From assembly GCA_025456205.1 (NCBI GenBank), contig JALOLA010000010.1:5338-69337 (forward strand): DNA of 64,000 nucleotides, read 5' to 3'. Below the pieces are notes generated by a model. That model saw nothing but the letters and a program-made list of their open reading frames with translations, did no database searches and had not been told where the DNA came from. Of this stretch, positions 33,544 to 42,144 are shown piece after piece. Positions within the stretch are counted from its first letter, which is position 1; each line of letters opens with the position of its first letter. Made by a program: the position numbers and the translations under genes. Source of the DNA: Acidobacteriota bacterium (lineage in GTDB: Bacteria; Acidobacteriota; Aminicenantia; UBA2199).

Positions 33544-35940
33544 TCAGCGTTCCAGGATGATGGGCGCGGCCAGCGCTTCGACGTCGACGGCCAGGATGGG
33601 TGAGTTCTCCATGATCCTGAATTTCTGGACCTTTTCCTCGACGATCAGGGTGCGGCTGTACTTGCCCTCGGCGCTGCTGACGCTGACGGAGACCGGGAAC
33701 ACGAAATCGCTGTCCTCCTGGGAAAAGGTGACCTCGGCCTCGGGGCCGCTGATCGCGACCCGGTAGCGCACCCGGGGCAGCTTGCGCGCATACACCCAGT
33801 TGTTGAAGAATTTCTGCAGCCGGCCCTCGCCGCGGCTGACCTGCTGGATGAAGCGCGAGGAGACGAGGCTCTGGTGCTTGAAGTCGACCAGCACCTGGCG
33901 CAGGCGGCCCAGCACCTCCTCCTCTCCCAGCATCTCCTTGAGCATCATGAAAACCAGCGCCGCCTTGTTGTAGACGATGCTCTGGAACGTCGGCAGGTCG
34001 TCGCTGAGGTTGGCGATGCGCCGGCCGTAGATGATGGGGCCGGCATCGTTGCTGCGCAGCACCCAGCGCTTGGCGCCGGCCAGGACCCTGCGGAACGCGC
34101 TCGCCCCCAGGGTGCTCTCCAGGTACAGCATGGTGGAGAACTGCGCCAGGCCCTCGGTCAGCCACTGGTCCTGGTAGGTTCTCCAGGAAACGACGCCTCC
34201 CCACCACTGGTGGGCCAGCTCGTGGACCAGGTTGTCGCGGTTGACGTCGGTGAACACCACCGGGCTGTCGCTGCGCAGGCGCCGCACCATGCTGATGTCG
34301 TCGTCGATGATGTTGCCGCCCAGGAGGTTGAAGATCACGAAGCCCTGGTGGCTCCAGCCGCCGTAGTTCTGCCAGCGGCGCAGCAGCAGGTTCAGTTCCG
34401 GCAGGTCCAGGGGACCGAACTTTTCCAGCAGGAAATCGACATAGCCCTTGATGGCCTCCACGGAAAAAGAATCCCTTAGACGCAGCTTCGGATTGCCGAA
34501 GACCTGGACCGGCAGCGCGCCGGGGACGGTCGCCAGTTTTCCAAAATTGCCGCAGACGAGCGACACGCCCTTGCTGCCCGGGCTGTCGAAGACGAACTCG
34601 GTGCGCTCGCCCACCTTGCGCCTGGAGCTCAGGCTCCCCGAGGCCAGGCACTCCAGGGGCAGGGGCAGCGAGACCTTCAGCCGGCTTTTGAAGAAATGCT
34701 GGCCCGGGTTGGGGTAGAAGTTCTGGTCGCGGTCCAGGACGAAGAAATCGTCGACGTTCTTGGCCGCGCGGCCGCGCAGGATGACCCTGGCCAGGTCGCC
34801 GCCCTCGCTGCTGGGCTCGATGACCCCGGCGTAGTAAAAACCGAACCGCTTCAGCCCCTCGCCCAGCAGGTAGTAGGTGTCGTCGCGGTGGAACAGCTGC
34901 AGCTCGTGCTGCTGCGACCTGCCGAAGCCCTTGACGACCAGCTTGGGGTCCAGGTTGACGGTCTTGACGTTCGATGGCTCCTTGAAGTCAAGGACCGAGG
35001 TCGCGGAAAGAAAGCCAACCTGGGGATTGAGAAAGAGGTTCAGCTGCAGGTTCTCCAGCTCGTCGACGCCCGCTTGCGTGAACTTGAGGCCCTTCACGGC
35101 ATTGTAGCTCAGGTAGAACTTGTTTTCCGGCAGCAGCACCAGGCTGGTGTCAGGCGAGTTGCCGCTGTTGAAGATGTAGCGGAAATGCGACTTGCCCGGC
35201 CGGCGGTGGAAGATGGCCGTGTTGAATTCGGGGGCGAAGGGGAAGTACCAAAGCTCGTCGAAGTAGGAGACGGGCATCCCCCAGCGCTCCTGGAATATTC
35301 GGTAGAGGGCCAGCACCTCGTCGTCGGCGGGCGCTGCGGATGGCTCGGGCTCGGGCAGGCCGCCCAGCAGATCCTCGGGGCGGCTGAAAATGAAGACGCC
35401 GGCCCGGGCTTCCTTGGCCAGCGTGTCGCTGCGCTCGAGGCGCAGCAGGGTCAGCCGCTCCTCCTCGGAATCAGGCCGGATGCGGAACTCCCAGTCGCCG
35501 CTGAACAGGAACACGTTGCCCATGGGCAGGCCGCGGTAGACGAAGCCCTTTTTAAAATGGATCTCCGCGTCGCCCATGCGCAGCCTGCGGTCGCTGAGGG
35601 CATAGCGGGCGAAGGTGCGGATGAAACCCAGCGGCTTGATGGTGCGCTTCAGCGCCAGGCCGCGGTAGAAGCCGCCCTCCTGCTCGAAGGTGATCTCGCC
35701 GATCTCGGCGAAGCCCGCGAAGCGGGCGAAGAACATCAGGTTGTTGGGCCGCACCAGGCTGAAACCGACCGCCTGGCACTCCTGGAAGTAGGCGGCCAGC
35801 TGCAGGTGCGAATCGTCCCTGAAGCCGGCGGCCAGGGCCGGCCAGTCCTTTTTCTGTATCGCCGTCTCCAGCGATTCCAGGGCCGGGGCCAGGCCCGGGA
35901 GGGCCAAAAGCAGGAACAAGGCCAATATTCGTTTTTTCAT
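33544..35940 (-). CDS. M1-family zinc metallopeptidase (aminopeptidase N-like), secreted
   Basis: Signal peptide, HELAHQWWG followed by WLTEGLAQF (HEXXH-E). Length 798 aa. Confidence 0.88.
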   Translation of the reverse strand: MKKRILALFLLLALPGLAPALESLETAIQKKDWPALAAGFRDDSHLQLAAYFQECQAVGFSLVRPNNLMFFARFAGFAEIGEITFEQEGGFYRGLALKRTIKPLGFIRTFARYALSDRRLRMGDAEIHFKKGFVYRGLPMGNVFLFSGDWEFRIRPDSEEERLTLLRLERSDTLAKEARAGVFIFSRPEDLLGGLPEPEPSAAPADDEVLALYRIFQERWGMPVSYFDELWYFPFAPEFNTAIFHRRPGKSHFRYIFNSGNSPDTSLVLLPENKFYLSYNAVKGLKFTQAGVDELENLQLNLFLNPQVGFLSATSVLDFKEPSNVKTVNLDPKLVVKGFGRSQQHELQLFHRDDTYYLLGEGLKRFGFYYAGVIEPSSEGGDLARVILRGRAAKNVDDFFVLDRDQNFYPNPGQHFFKSRLKVSLPLPLECLASGSLSSRRKVGERTEFVFDSPGSKGVSLVCGNFGKLATVPGALPVQVFGNPKLRLRDSFSVEAIKGYVDFLLEKFGPLDLPELNLLLRRWQNYGGWSHQGFVIFNLLGGNIIDDDISMVRRLRSDSPVVFTDVNRDNLVHELAHQWWGGVVSWRTYQDQWLTEGLAQFSTMLYLESTLGASAFRRVLAGAKRWVLRSNDAGPIIYGRRIANLSDDLPTFQSIVYNKAALVFMMLKEMLGEEEVLGRLRQVLVDFKHQSLVSSRFIQQVSRGEGRLQKFFNNWVYARKLPRVRYRVAISGPEAEVTFSQEDSDFVFPVSVSVSSAEGKYSRTLIVEEKVQKFRIMENSPILAVDVEALAAPIILER

Positions 35941-35958
35941 TGCTGGTATTGTAACCCT

Positions 35959-35987
35959 TTGCAGGCAAAATTAAAATATGGTACAAT
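35959..35987 (+). promoter_or_regulatory. sigma70 promoter of GWxTD module 1
   Basis: TTGCAG, 17-nt spacer, TACAAT. Lies 27 nt before ATG 36014. Confidence 0.5.
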
Positions 35988-36013
35988 AGTTTATCCAGAT
36001 CCGTCATAATAAA

Positions 36014-36973
36014 ATGAAAATGAAAAATTCATCTATTCCCGCGGTTACCCTGGCTCCCCGCCTGGGGCTGAAAGCCCACTGGCTGGGAGGCGTCGTCCTC
36101 CTGATGCTGGCGCTGGCCGGCTGCTCGGCCAAAGGCAGGACCGTGCGCAACGTCCCCGCCGATGACCGGCAGTTCCTTTCCGAGGTCCGCTACATCATCA
36201 CTAAAAAGGAAAGCCGGATCTTCAAGAAGACGCCGCCCGAGGAGCGCCAGCAGTTCATCGAGGAATTCTGGAAGGTGCGCGACCCGGACCCCACCACCGA
36301 GGAGAACGAGTACCGCGACGAATACTATCGCCGCATCGACCTGGCCAACCGCCTGTTCCAGGAAGGAAGCCAGGGCTGGCTGAGCGACCGCGGCCGCATC
36401 CTGATCCTGCTGGGCGAGCCGGAGCGCCGCGACGTCTACCCCACCGGCTACAGCTTCTACGAGCCGCCGGTAGAGATCTGGTTCTACGGCACGTTCCCCA
36501 TCGTGTTCGTCGACACCCACCGCGAAGGCATGTACCGGCTCGATCCCGGCAGCGCCCGCCGCATCAGCATGATCAACACCGCCCAGATGCAGCTGAAGCC
36601 GCAGGGCATCGACCGCAACGTGCGCATGTTCGATTTCACGCTGGCCGTCCAGGCCGCCGGACCGGGCCAGGCCACGCTGCTCATCGCCGTGCCCTACCGC
36701 GTGACCAACCTGGTCCTGAACGAGGCCACCAAGGCCTACGAGACACAGCTCAGGCTGAAGGTGCGCATCAGCGATGATGCGGGCGCGGCGGTGATGGAGA
36801 AAGAGGAGCTGCGCCCGGTGGCCGTTTCGGAGGATATGCTGAAACTGCTGGGCAAGAATATCGCCATCGAGTTCCCCGTGCAATTGCCTGTGGGCAGGTA
36901 CACCGCCCTGGTGACGCTGGAGAACACCGCCGACAGGGCCCAGTCCCGCAAAGAGATCAAGATCAGACTGTGA
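36014..36973 (+). CDS. GWxTD domain lipoprotein
   Basis: Lipobox LALAGC. FWKVRDPDPTT...YYRRIDLANRLF...GWLSDRGRILILLGEP. Confidence 0.85.
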   Translation: MKMKNSSIPAVTLAPRLGLKAHWLGGVVLLMLALAGCSAKGRTVRNVPADDRQFLSEVRYIITKKESRIFKKTPPEERQQFIEEFWKVRDPDPTTEENEYRDEYYRRIDLANRLFQEGSQGWLSDRGRILILLGEPERRDVYPTGYSFYEPPVEIWFYGTFPIVFVDTHREGMYRLDPGSARRISMINTAQMQLKPQGIDRNVRMFDFTLAVQAAGPGQATLLIAVPYRVTNLVLNEATKAYETQLRLKVRISDDAGAAVMEKEELRPVAVSEDMLKLLGKNIAIEFPVQLPVGRYTALVTLENTADRAQSRKEIKIRL

Positions 36974-36992
36974 TCTGAAGGAGAAAATAGAA

Positions 36993-38030
36993 ATGAACGC
37001 AAAGAAATTGTTTGTCCTGGCACTGATCATCCTGCTCACGCTCGCCCTGCCGCTGGCCGCCGCGAAAGGCAAGGCCGCCCCGCAGAAGAGCGGGCAGTCG
37101 GTGCAGATCGCTCCCCAGGTGGCGGCGGTGATGGACGCCAACGTGGCGCTGCGCACGAACCGCAGCGACATCCCCCTCACCTACCTGCGCACGCTCTTCC
37201 TCACCACCCAGCAGAACCTGAACTACCCGGTGTTCATGTTCCAGCTCAAGAATGCCGACCTGGGCTTCGCCGCCCCGGCCGAGACCCCCGATATGCTCAA
37301 GGCCAGCAACTACGCCTTCATCCGCGTCTATCGCCTGGAGAACGGCGCGGCCGGCGAGATCGTCCGCCAGCACTTCATCCGCTTCGACCTGGAAGAGAAG
37401 CTGCCGGGCTTCCAGCCCGAGGCCGTGAACTACTATTCCATCGCCGGCGACACCTACCCGGCCGGCACCTACCTGCTGGCCCTGGCGCTGTGCACCACCG
37501 ATTTCAGCAAGATCACCACCCACTTCGTTGAATTCTCGCTGCCCGATTTTTCGCAGCTCAAGGACCAGCTGGCCACCACGCCCATCTTTTCCGTGAGCTC
37601 GCTGCAGATGCTGCCGGCGGCCGAGACCAAGCTGTCCGTCCACAAGAACTCCTTCGTCTACAACACCCTGCTGCTGGCCCCGGTGGTCAGCAACGAATTC
37701 AAGCCCAGCGAGAACCTCGACCTCTTCTATTTCATCCTCGGCGCCAAGCCCGACACGGCCACCAACGCCCTCAGCCTGCAGATCACCTATGTCTTCAAGA
37801 AAGACGGCAAGGAGGTCAACAAGCTGCCCACCCAGACCGTCAACAGCTACATCATCAGCCAGCCCATCGACTTCACCTTCACCGAGGTGACCAAGAACGC
37901 CAAGGGCGTGGAGACGGAGCGCAAGCAGAAATTGCTGGAAGCCGGGGACTATGTCCTGGAGATCCAGCTGCTGGACACCGTGTCCAAGGCCAAGAGCCTG
38001 CAGGAATTCAAGTTCAAGATCGTTCAGTAA
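36993..38030 (+). CDS. hypothetical secreted protein (resembles the post-GWxTD beta-rich region of the 43157-45214 protein)
   Basis: RBS ggaga. Signal peptide MNAKKLFVLALIILLTLALPLAAA. No named family recognised. Confidence 0.6.
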   Translation: MNAKKLFVLALIILLTLALPLAAAKGKAAPQKSGQSVQIAPQVAAVMDANVALRTNRSDIPLTYLRTLFLTTQQNLNYPVFMFQLKNADLGFAAPAETPDMLKASNYAFIRVYRLENGAAGEIVRQHFIRFDLEEKLPGFQPEAVNYYSIAGDTYPAGTYLLALALCTTDFSKITTHFVEFSLPDFSQLKDQLATTPIFSVSSLQMLPAAETKLSVHKNSFVYNTLLLAPVVSNEFKPSENLDLFYFILGAKPDTATNALSLQITYVFKKDGKEVNKLPTQTVNSYIISQPIDFTFTEVTKNAKGVETERKQKLLEAGDYVLEIQLLDTVSKAKSLQEFKFKIVQ

Positions 38031-38044
38031 TCCCGGTTTTCAAC

Positions 38045-38071
38045 GTGCCGCCCCCTGCCCGGGGGCGGCAC
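38045..38071 (+). terminator. GC hairpin after the 36993-38030 gene
   Basis: Stem gtgccgccccc / gggggcggcac. No strong U-tract. Confidence 0.35.
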
Positions 38072-38158
38072 GATCATCTTCTCCCCCCCTTTTTCCTTTC
38101 TCATCCCTGATCTTTCCCGGCGGTCCGGCCGGTCGGTTTCAATGCAATTCTGATTTTT

Positions 38159-38187
38159 GAATTATTATTCAATTATTTGAATAATTC
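38159..38187. promoter_or_regulatory. AT-rich nested palindrome upstream of the sigma54 promoter
   Basis: gaattattattcaattatttgaataattc, containing ATTCAA-n4-TTGAAT, within GC-rich DNA. Confidence 0.35.
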
Positions 38188-38317
38188 CCCGTTGCGGCGA
38201 GAATTCGCTTTGATCTTAACGATATCTTCGCTTGCAATGCCCGCGGAAAACCTTTCCTGGTCATGATTTTTCCGGTTACCCCGGCACTGGCCTCATGCGG
38301 TCCCCCGCGCCATGACT

Positions 38318-38333
38318 TGGCACGGATATTGCT
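38318..38333 (+). promoter_or_regulatory. sigma54 (-24/-12) promoter of TonB-dependent receptor paralog 1
   Basis: TGGCACGgataTTGCT matches TGGCACG-N4-TTGCW. ATG 38372 lies 39 nt downstream. Confidence 0.62.
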
Positions 38334-38371
38334 TATTTTTTGTTGTATTGTCTAAAAAGGAGGACAAACAA

Positions 38372-41300
38372 ATGAAATCTGCCAGAAGCTTCACCCTGCT
38401 GGCGATCGGCTTGCTCCTGTGCGCAGGACTGCTGACCGCCCAGCAAACCAGTGCCAAGATCTTTGGCACCGTGCAGCTTGAAGACGGATCATTGGTCCCC
38501 GGCGTCACCGTCGAGGCCACCAGCCCCAAGCTGGTCGGCAAATCGACCGCCATCACCGATGAGAACGGCGTCTTCAGACTCGCCAACCTCACCCCCGGCT
38601 CCTACAAGCTGGTATTCACCCTGCAGGGTTTCCAGACCGTTGTCAGGGACGGCATCCAGCTGGCGGTCGAACAGACCCTCAACCTGAAGATCACCATGAA
38701 ACTCGGCAACATCGAGGAAATGGTGACCATCACCGGCCAGGTCGCCCAGATCGACGTCAAGAGCACGGCGAAGGGCATGACCCTGACCAAAGAGGTCTTC
38801 CAGACCCTGCCCAGAGGCCGCAACTTCGACTCGCTGGTGACCGCCGTCCCCGGCGTTTCCAGTGAGACCCTGCTGCTCGGCGGCACGTCGGTCGACGGCG
38901 CCTCCGGCCTGGAAAACATGTACTACATCGACGGCACCGACACCACCAGCATCATCCAGGGCGACTCCGGCCAGAGCGTGTCCTTCGACTTCGTCGACGA
39001 AGTCCAGGTCAAGGCCTCCGGCTACTCCGCCGAATTCGGCGGCTCGCTGGGCGGCGTCATCAACGTCGTCACCCGCTCGGGCGGCAACGAGTTCCACGGC
39101 GAGGTCGTCGGCTATTACAGCGGCGCCCCCCTGCGCAGCGAGTACCGCGACATCCTGGACCTCGACCCCAATGACGACTCCAAGGCCGTCTACCTGCCGT
39201 ACTCCTTCTTCTACGGCGACCAGGACGACCACCGCTTCGAAGGCGGCCTGAACCTCGGCGGCTACATCCTCAAGGACAAGCTGTGGTTCTTCGGCTCCAT
39301 CCTGCCCGTCTACTACACCAACACCCGCACCCTGACCCACTCCTCCGGCGACGTGCGCGACTGGGAACGCACCGAGAACCAGCTGAACTACCAGCTCAAG
39401 CTCACCGCGCAGCCCATGAAGAACCTGCGCCTGGGCGCCAGCGTGGTCAACAACTTCTACAAGTACAAAGGGCAGCTGGCCAACTACGCTCAGGGTGCGA
39501 ATCCGACGGTTTCTTATGATGATTACGGATTCAGCTATCCCAACATGTCGGGCAACTTCACCGCCGACCTGACCGTGGGCAACAACTTCATGTTCAGCGC
39601 CCGCGCCGGCTTCTTCCGCACCGACACCACCAACCAGCTCGTGCAGCCCAGCGACGAGCCCTGCTTCCAGTTCCTGACCGAAGCCCCCGGCGGCTATTTC
39701 AAGACCACCAACATCGGCCTGCTCGATGTGCCCGCCGCCTACCAGCGTCCTTCGGGCTATCAGAACTACTCGCGCGCCAACGTCATGGTCATGAAGAACA
39801 ACATCGCCGAGAAGCTGAGCTTCGGCGCCGACCTCTCCTACTTCGTGAACCTGGGCGGCGAACACTCCTGGAAAGCCGGCTTCAGCTGGGCCCGCAGGGG
39901 CCAGAACGTGGACAACACCGGCAAAGGCCCGGTGCTGTTCTTCGGCTGGAACCGCGACTTCATCGCCTACGGCGTTAACTACGGCCGCGGCAAGTACGGC
40001 TACTACGGCGTGCGCAACAACGCCATCACCGGCCCCTACGGCGACTTCTACAACGCCTACGGCAACATGCTCGCCTTCTACCTGCAGGATTCCTGGACCA
40101 TCGCCAACCGCTTCACCGTGAACTTTGGCGTGCGCGCCGAATCCGAGTACATCCCCTCTTACGCCACCGGCAACCCCGAGTTCGAAGCCCTGAAACCCAT
40201 CGAGTTCAGCCTGGGCGACAAGCTGGCCCCGCGCCTGGGCTTCGTCTGGGACGTCAAGGGCGACTCCTCCCTGAAGGTGTTCGGCTCCTACGGCCTCTTC
40301 TTCGACGTCATGAAGCTCGAGATGGCCGCCGGTTCCTACGGCGGTTTCAAGTGGAAGAGCACCTATTATTCCCTGGATACCTTTGAATGGGACAAGATCG
40401 GCGTCAACGGCAACTTCCCCGGCCGCCAGCTGCTGCCCGGCGGTACCTTCGATTTCCGCGCCCCCTCCTTCGACACCACCGATCCCGACATGAAACCCAT
40501 GTCCCAGCAGGAGATCTCGCTGGGTCTCGAAAAGAGACTGCGTGACGACCTGGCCCTCTCCGTGCGCTATGTCAACAAGAGCCTGCGCAACGCCATTGAA
40601 GACATCGGCGTGCTGCTGCCGGATGGCGAACATTATTACACCGCCAACCCGGGCGGCCCGTTCGTCATTAAGAAGTACAATGAAGCCAAGGCCGCCGGCC
40701 TGATCCCGCAGAACGCCCCGGCCCCGTCCAAAGCCTATCGCGACTACAACGCCGTCAACATCTCCCTCGACAAGCGCTTCTCCAACAACTGGCTGGGCGG
40801 CGTTTCCTACACCTGGAGCCAGCTGAAAGGCAACTACAGCGGCCTGGCCTCCGGTGACGAAGTCGGCCGCACCGACCCGAACGTCGCGCGCTACTTTGAC
40901 TCCTGGTACGTTTCCCTCGACCGGAACCTGAAGGATTCCGTGGGCGTGCTCCCCGGCGACCGCACCCACTACCTGAAGGCCTACGGTTCCTACTCCTTCC
41001 CCTTCGGCGTCACCGCCGGCATGGTCTTCAACGCCTTCAGCGGCACCCCCACCTCCACCGAATGGGCCATGGACTACCAGGGCTACCTGCCTTTCGGCCG
41101 TGGCGACAAGGATCGCGCCCCCTTCCTGTGGTTCGCCAACTTCTACGTTGAATACAACCTCAAGCTCGGCAAGAACAACCTGAACATCAACCTGAACGTG
41201 GACAACATCTTCAACGTGAAGACCGCCCAGCGCATCTACTCGATCTACAACCAGGGCGCCGTGGCCATCTCCGAAGACCGCATCGCGCAGGGTTCCTGGG

Positions 41301-41401
41301 ACATCAACGACTACGAGCCCGTGCTCGACCCGCGCTATCTCATGGAGGCCAACTTCTACGGGCCGCTCACCGCGCGCCTCGGCCTCAAGTTCAGCTTCTA
41401 A
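38372..41401 (+). CDS. TonB-dependent receptor-like outer-membrane protein with N-terminal CarboxypepD_reg domain
   Basis: RBS aaggagg. Signal peptide. IFGTVQLEDGSLVPGVTVEATS... Plug motif YSAEFGGSLGGVINVVTRSGGN. C-terminal beta-signal LGLKFSF. Confidence 0.88.
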   Translation: MKSARSFTLLAIGLLLCAGLLTAQQTSAKIFGTVQLEDGSLVPGVTVEATSPKLVGKSTAITDENGVFRLANLTPGSYKLVFTLQGFQTVVRDGIQLAVEQTLNLKITMKLGNIEEMVTITGQVAQIDVKSTAKGMTLTKEVFQTLPRGRNFDSLVTAVPGVSSETLLLGGTSVDGASGLENMYYIDGTDTTSIIQGDSGQSVSFDFVDEVQVKASGYSAEFGGSLGGVINVVTRSGGNEFHGEVVGYYSGAPLRSEYRDILDLDPNDDSKAVYLPYSFFYGDQDDHRFEGGLNLGGYILKDKLWFFGSILPVYYTNTRTLTHSSGDVRDWERTENQLNYQLKLTAQPMKNLRLGASVVNNFYKYKGQLANYAQGANPTVSYDDYGFSYPNMSGNFTADLTVGNNFMFSARAGFFRTDTTNQLVQPSDEPCFQFLTEAPGGYFKTTNIGLLDVPAAYQRPSGYQNYSRANVMVMKNNIAEKLSFGADLSYFVNLGGEHSWKAGFSWARRGQNVDNTGKGPVLFFGWNRDFIAYGVNYGRGKYGYYGVRNNAITGPYGDFYNAYGNMLAFYLQDSWTIANRFTVNFGVRAESEYIPSYATGNPEFEALKPIEFSLGDKLAPRLGFVWDVKGDSSLKVFGSYGLFFDVMKLEMAAGSYGGFKWKSTYYSLDTFEWDKIGVNGNFPGRQLLPGGTFDFRAPSFDTTDPDMKPMSQQEISLGLEKRLRDDLALSVRYVNKSLRNAIEDIGVLLPDGEHYYTANPGGPFVIKKYNEAKAAGLIPQNAPAPSKAYRDYNAVNISLDKRFSNNWLGGVSYTWSQLKGNYSGLASGDEVGRTDPNVARYFDSWYVSLDRNLKDSVGVLPGDRTHYLKAYGSYSFPFGVTAGMVFNAFSGTPTSTEWAMDYQGYLPFGRGDKDRAPFLWFANFYVEYNLKLGKNNLNINLNVDNIFNVKTAQRIYSIYNQGAVAISEDRIAQGSWDINDYEPVLDPRYLMEANFYGPLTARLGLKFSF

Positions 41402-41430
41402 ACGTCAGCTAATTAGTTAGCCGACTTTTG

Positions 41431-41463
41431 CCCCGCCCCCTTCGGGGGGCGGGGTTTTTTTTT
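41431..41463 (+). terminator. Rho-independent terminator
   Basis: Stem ccccgccccc, loop ttcg, stem gggggcgggg, followed by T9. Confidence 0.85.
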
Positions 41464-41480
41464 GTTAACAAGAACTCCTC

Positions 41481-41609
41481 CAACTCATCCCCTACCCCCT
41501 TCTCTTACGAAGAGAAGGGGCTCAGATACATTCCCCCTCTCTTTGGAAGAGAAGGGGCTCAGATACATTCCCCCTCTCTTTGGAAGAGAGGGGGCCGGGG
41601 GGTGAGTTG
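41481..41609. repeat. 37-nt tandem repeat x3 of a palindromic unit, framed by aactcat...tgagttg
   Basis: Hairpins at 41496-41520, 41533-41557 and 41570-41594 (ccccctctctttggaagagaagggg), separated by the identical 12-nt ctcagatacatt. Confidence 0.85.
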
Positions 41610-41610
41610 C

Positions 41611-41976
41611 CTAACAATTACAGGCAGGATATAGAATTTTCGATAAGAAATCCTCTGGATTACTCTTAATCGCTTCATTTGAGACACGAATGACTTTAAA
41701 TCCAAGTTCCTTGATTATCACGTCGCGGTATTGATCGTGATCCTTTTGTCGAAGATGAATTTTCCCATCAACTTCGATGACCAATTTTTTCTGATAACTC
41801 AAAAAATCGGCAACAAAGAAAATTTTCTTCCCTTCAAACTTGAATATGAGTGGCTGCTGGCGAAGAAACTTGATCTGGAGGAATCCTCTATTTCTTAATC
41901 TTTTCCAGAGTATTCCTTCTCCCTCAGTTTGATTCTTTCTCAATTGTCTAACGATCAATTTTATTTCATCTTTCAC
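41611..41976 (-). CDS. DUF559 (Vsr-like endonuclease fold) domain protein
   Basis: LRKNQTEGEGILWKRLRNRGFLQIKFLRQQPL...VIEVDG..H is the typical DUF559 pattern. The gene is conspicuously AT-rich. Confidence 0.85.
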   Translation of the reverse strand: MKDEIKLIVRQLRKNQTEGEGILWKRLRNRGFLQIKFLRQQPLIFKFEGKKIFFVADFLSYQKKLVIEVDGKIHLRQKDHDQYRDVIIKELGFKVIRVSNEAIKSNPEDFLSKILYPACNC

Positions 41977-42001
41977 TCGGTGATTATTGCATTTCGACCA
42001 T

Positions 42002-42055
42002 AACTCATCAATACCTACCCCTCTCTTTGGAAGAGAGGGGTAGGGGTGAGTTGAG
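42002..42055. repeat. single copy of the same palindromic element as 41481-41609
   Basis: aactcatcaatacc tacccctctctttggaagagaggggta ggggtgagttgag. Confidence 0.85.
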
Positions 42056-42144
42056 AACCTGAATTTTTCCCGTATTACTTTAAATAAATAAAAAGCCGGC
42101 TGCGCGGGCAGCCGGCATGAGATGCAAACAGGCAGGAAAGGGTT

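Noticed and set aside
41496-41594. Possible mini-CRISPR: three 25-nt palindromic repeats with regular spacing.
   Set aside because: The 'spacers' are only 12 nt and identical (ctcagatacatt). There is no leader and no cas genes. It is a 37-nt tandem repeat, not a CRISPR array.
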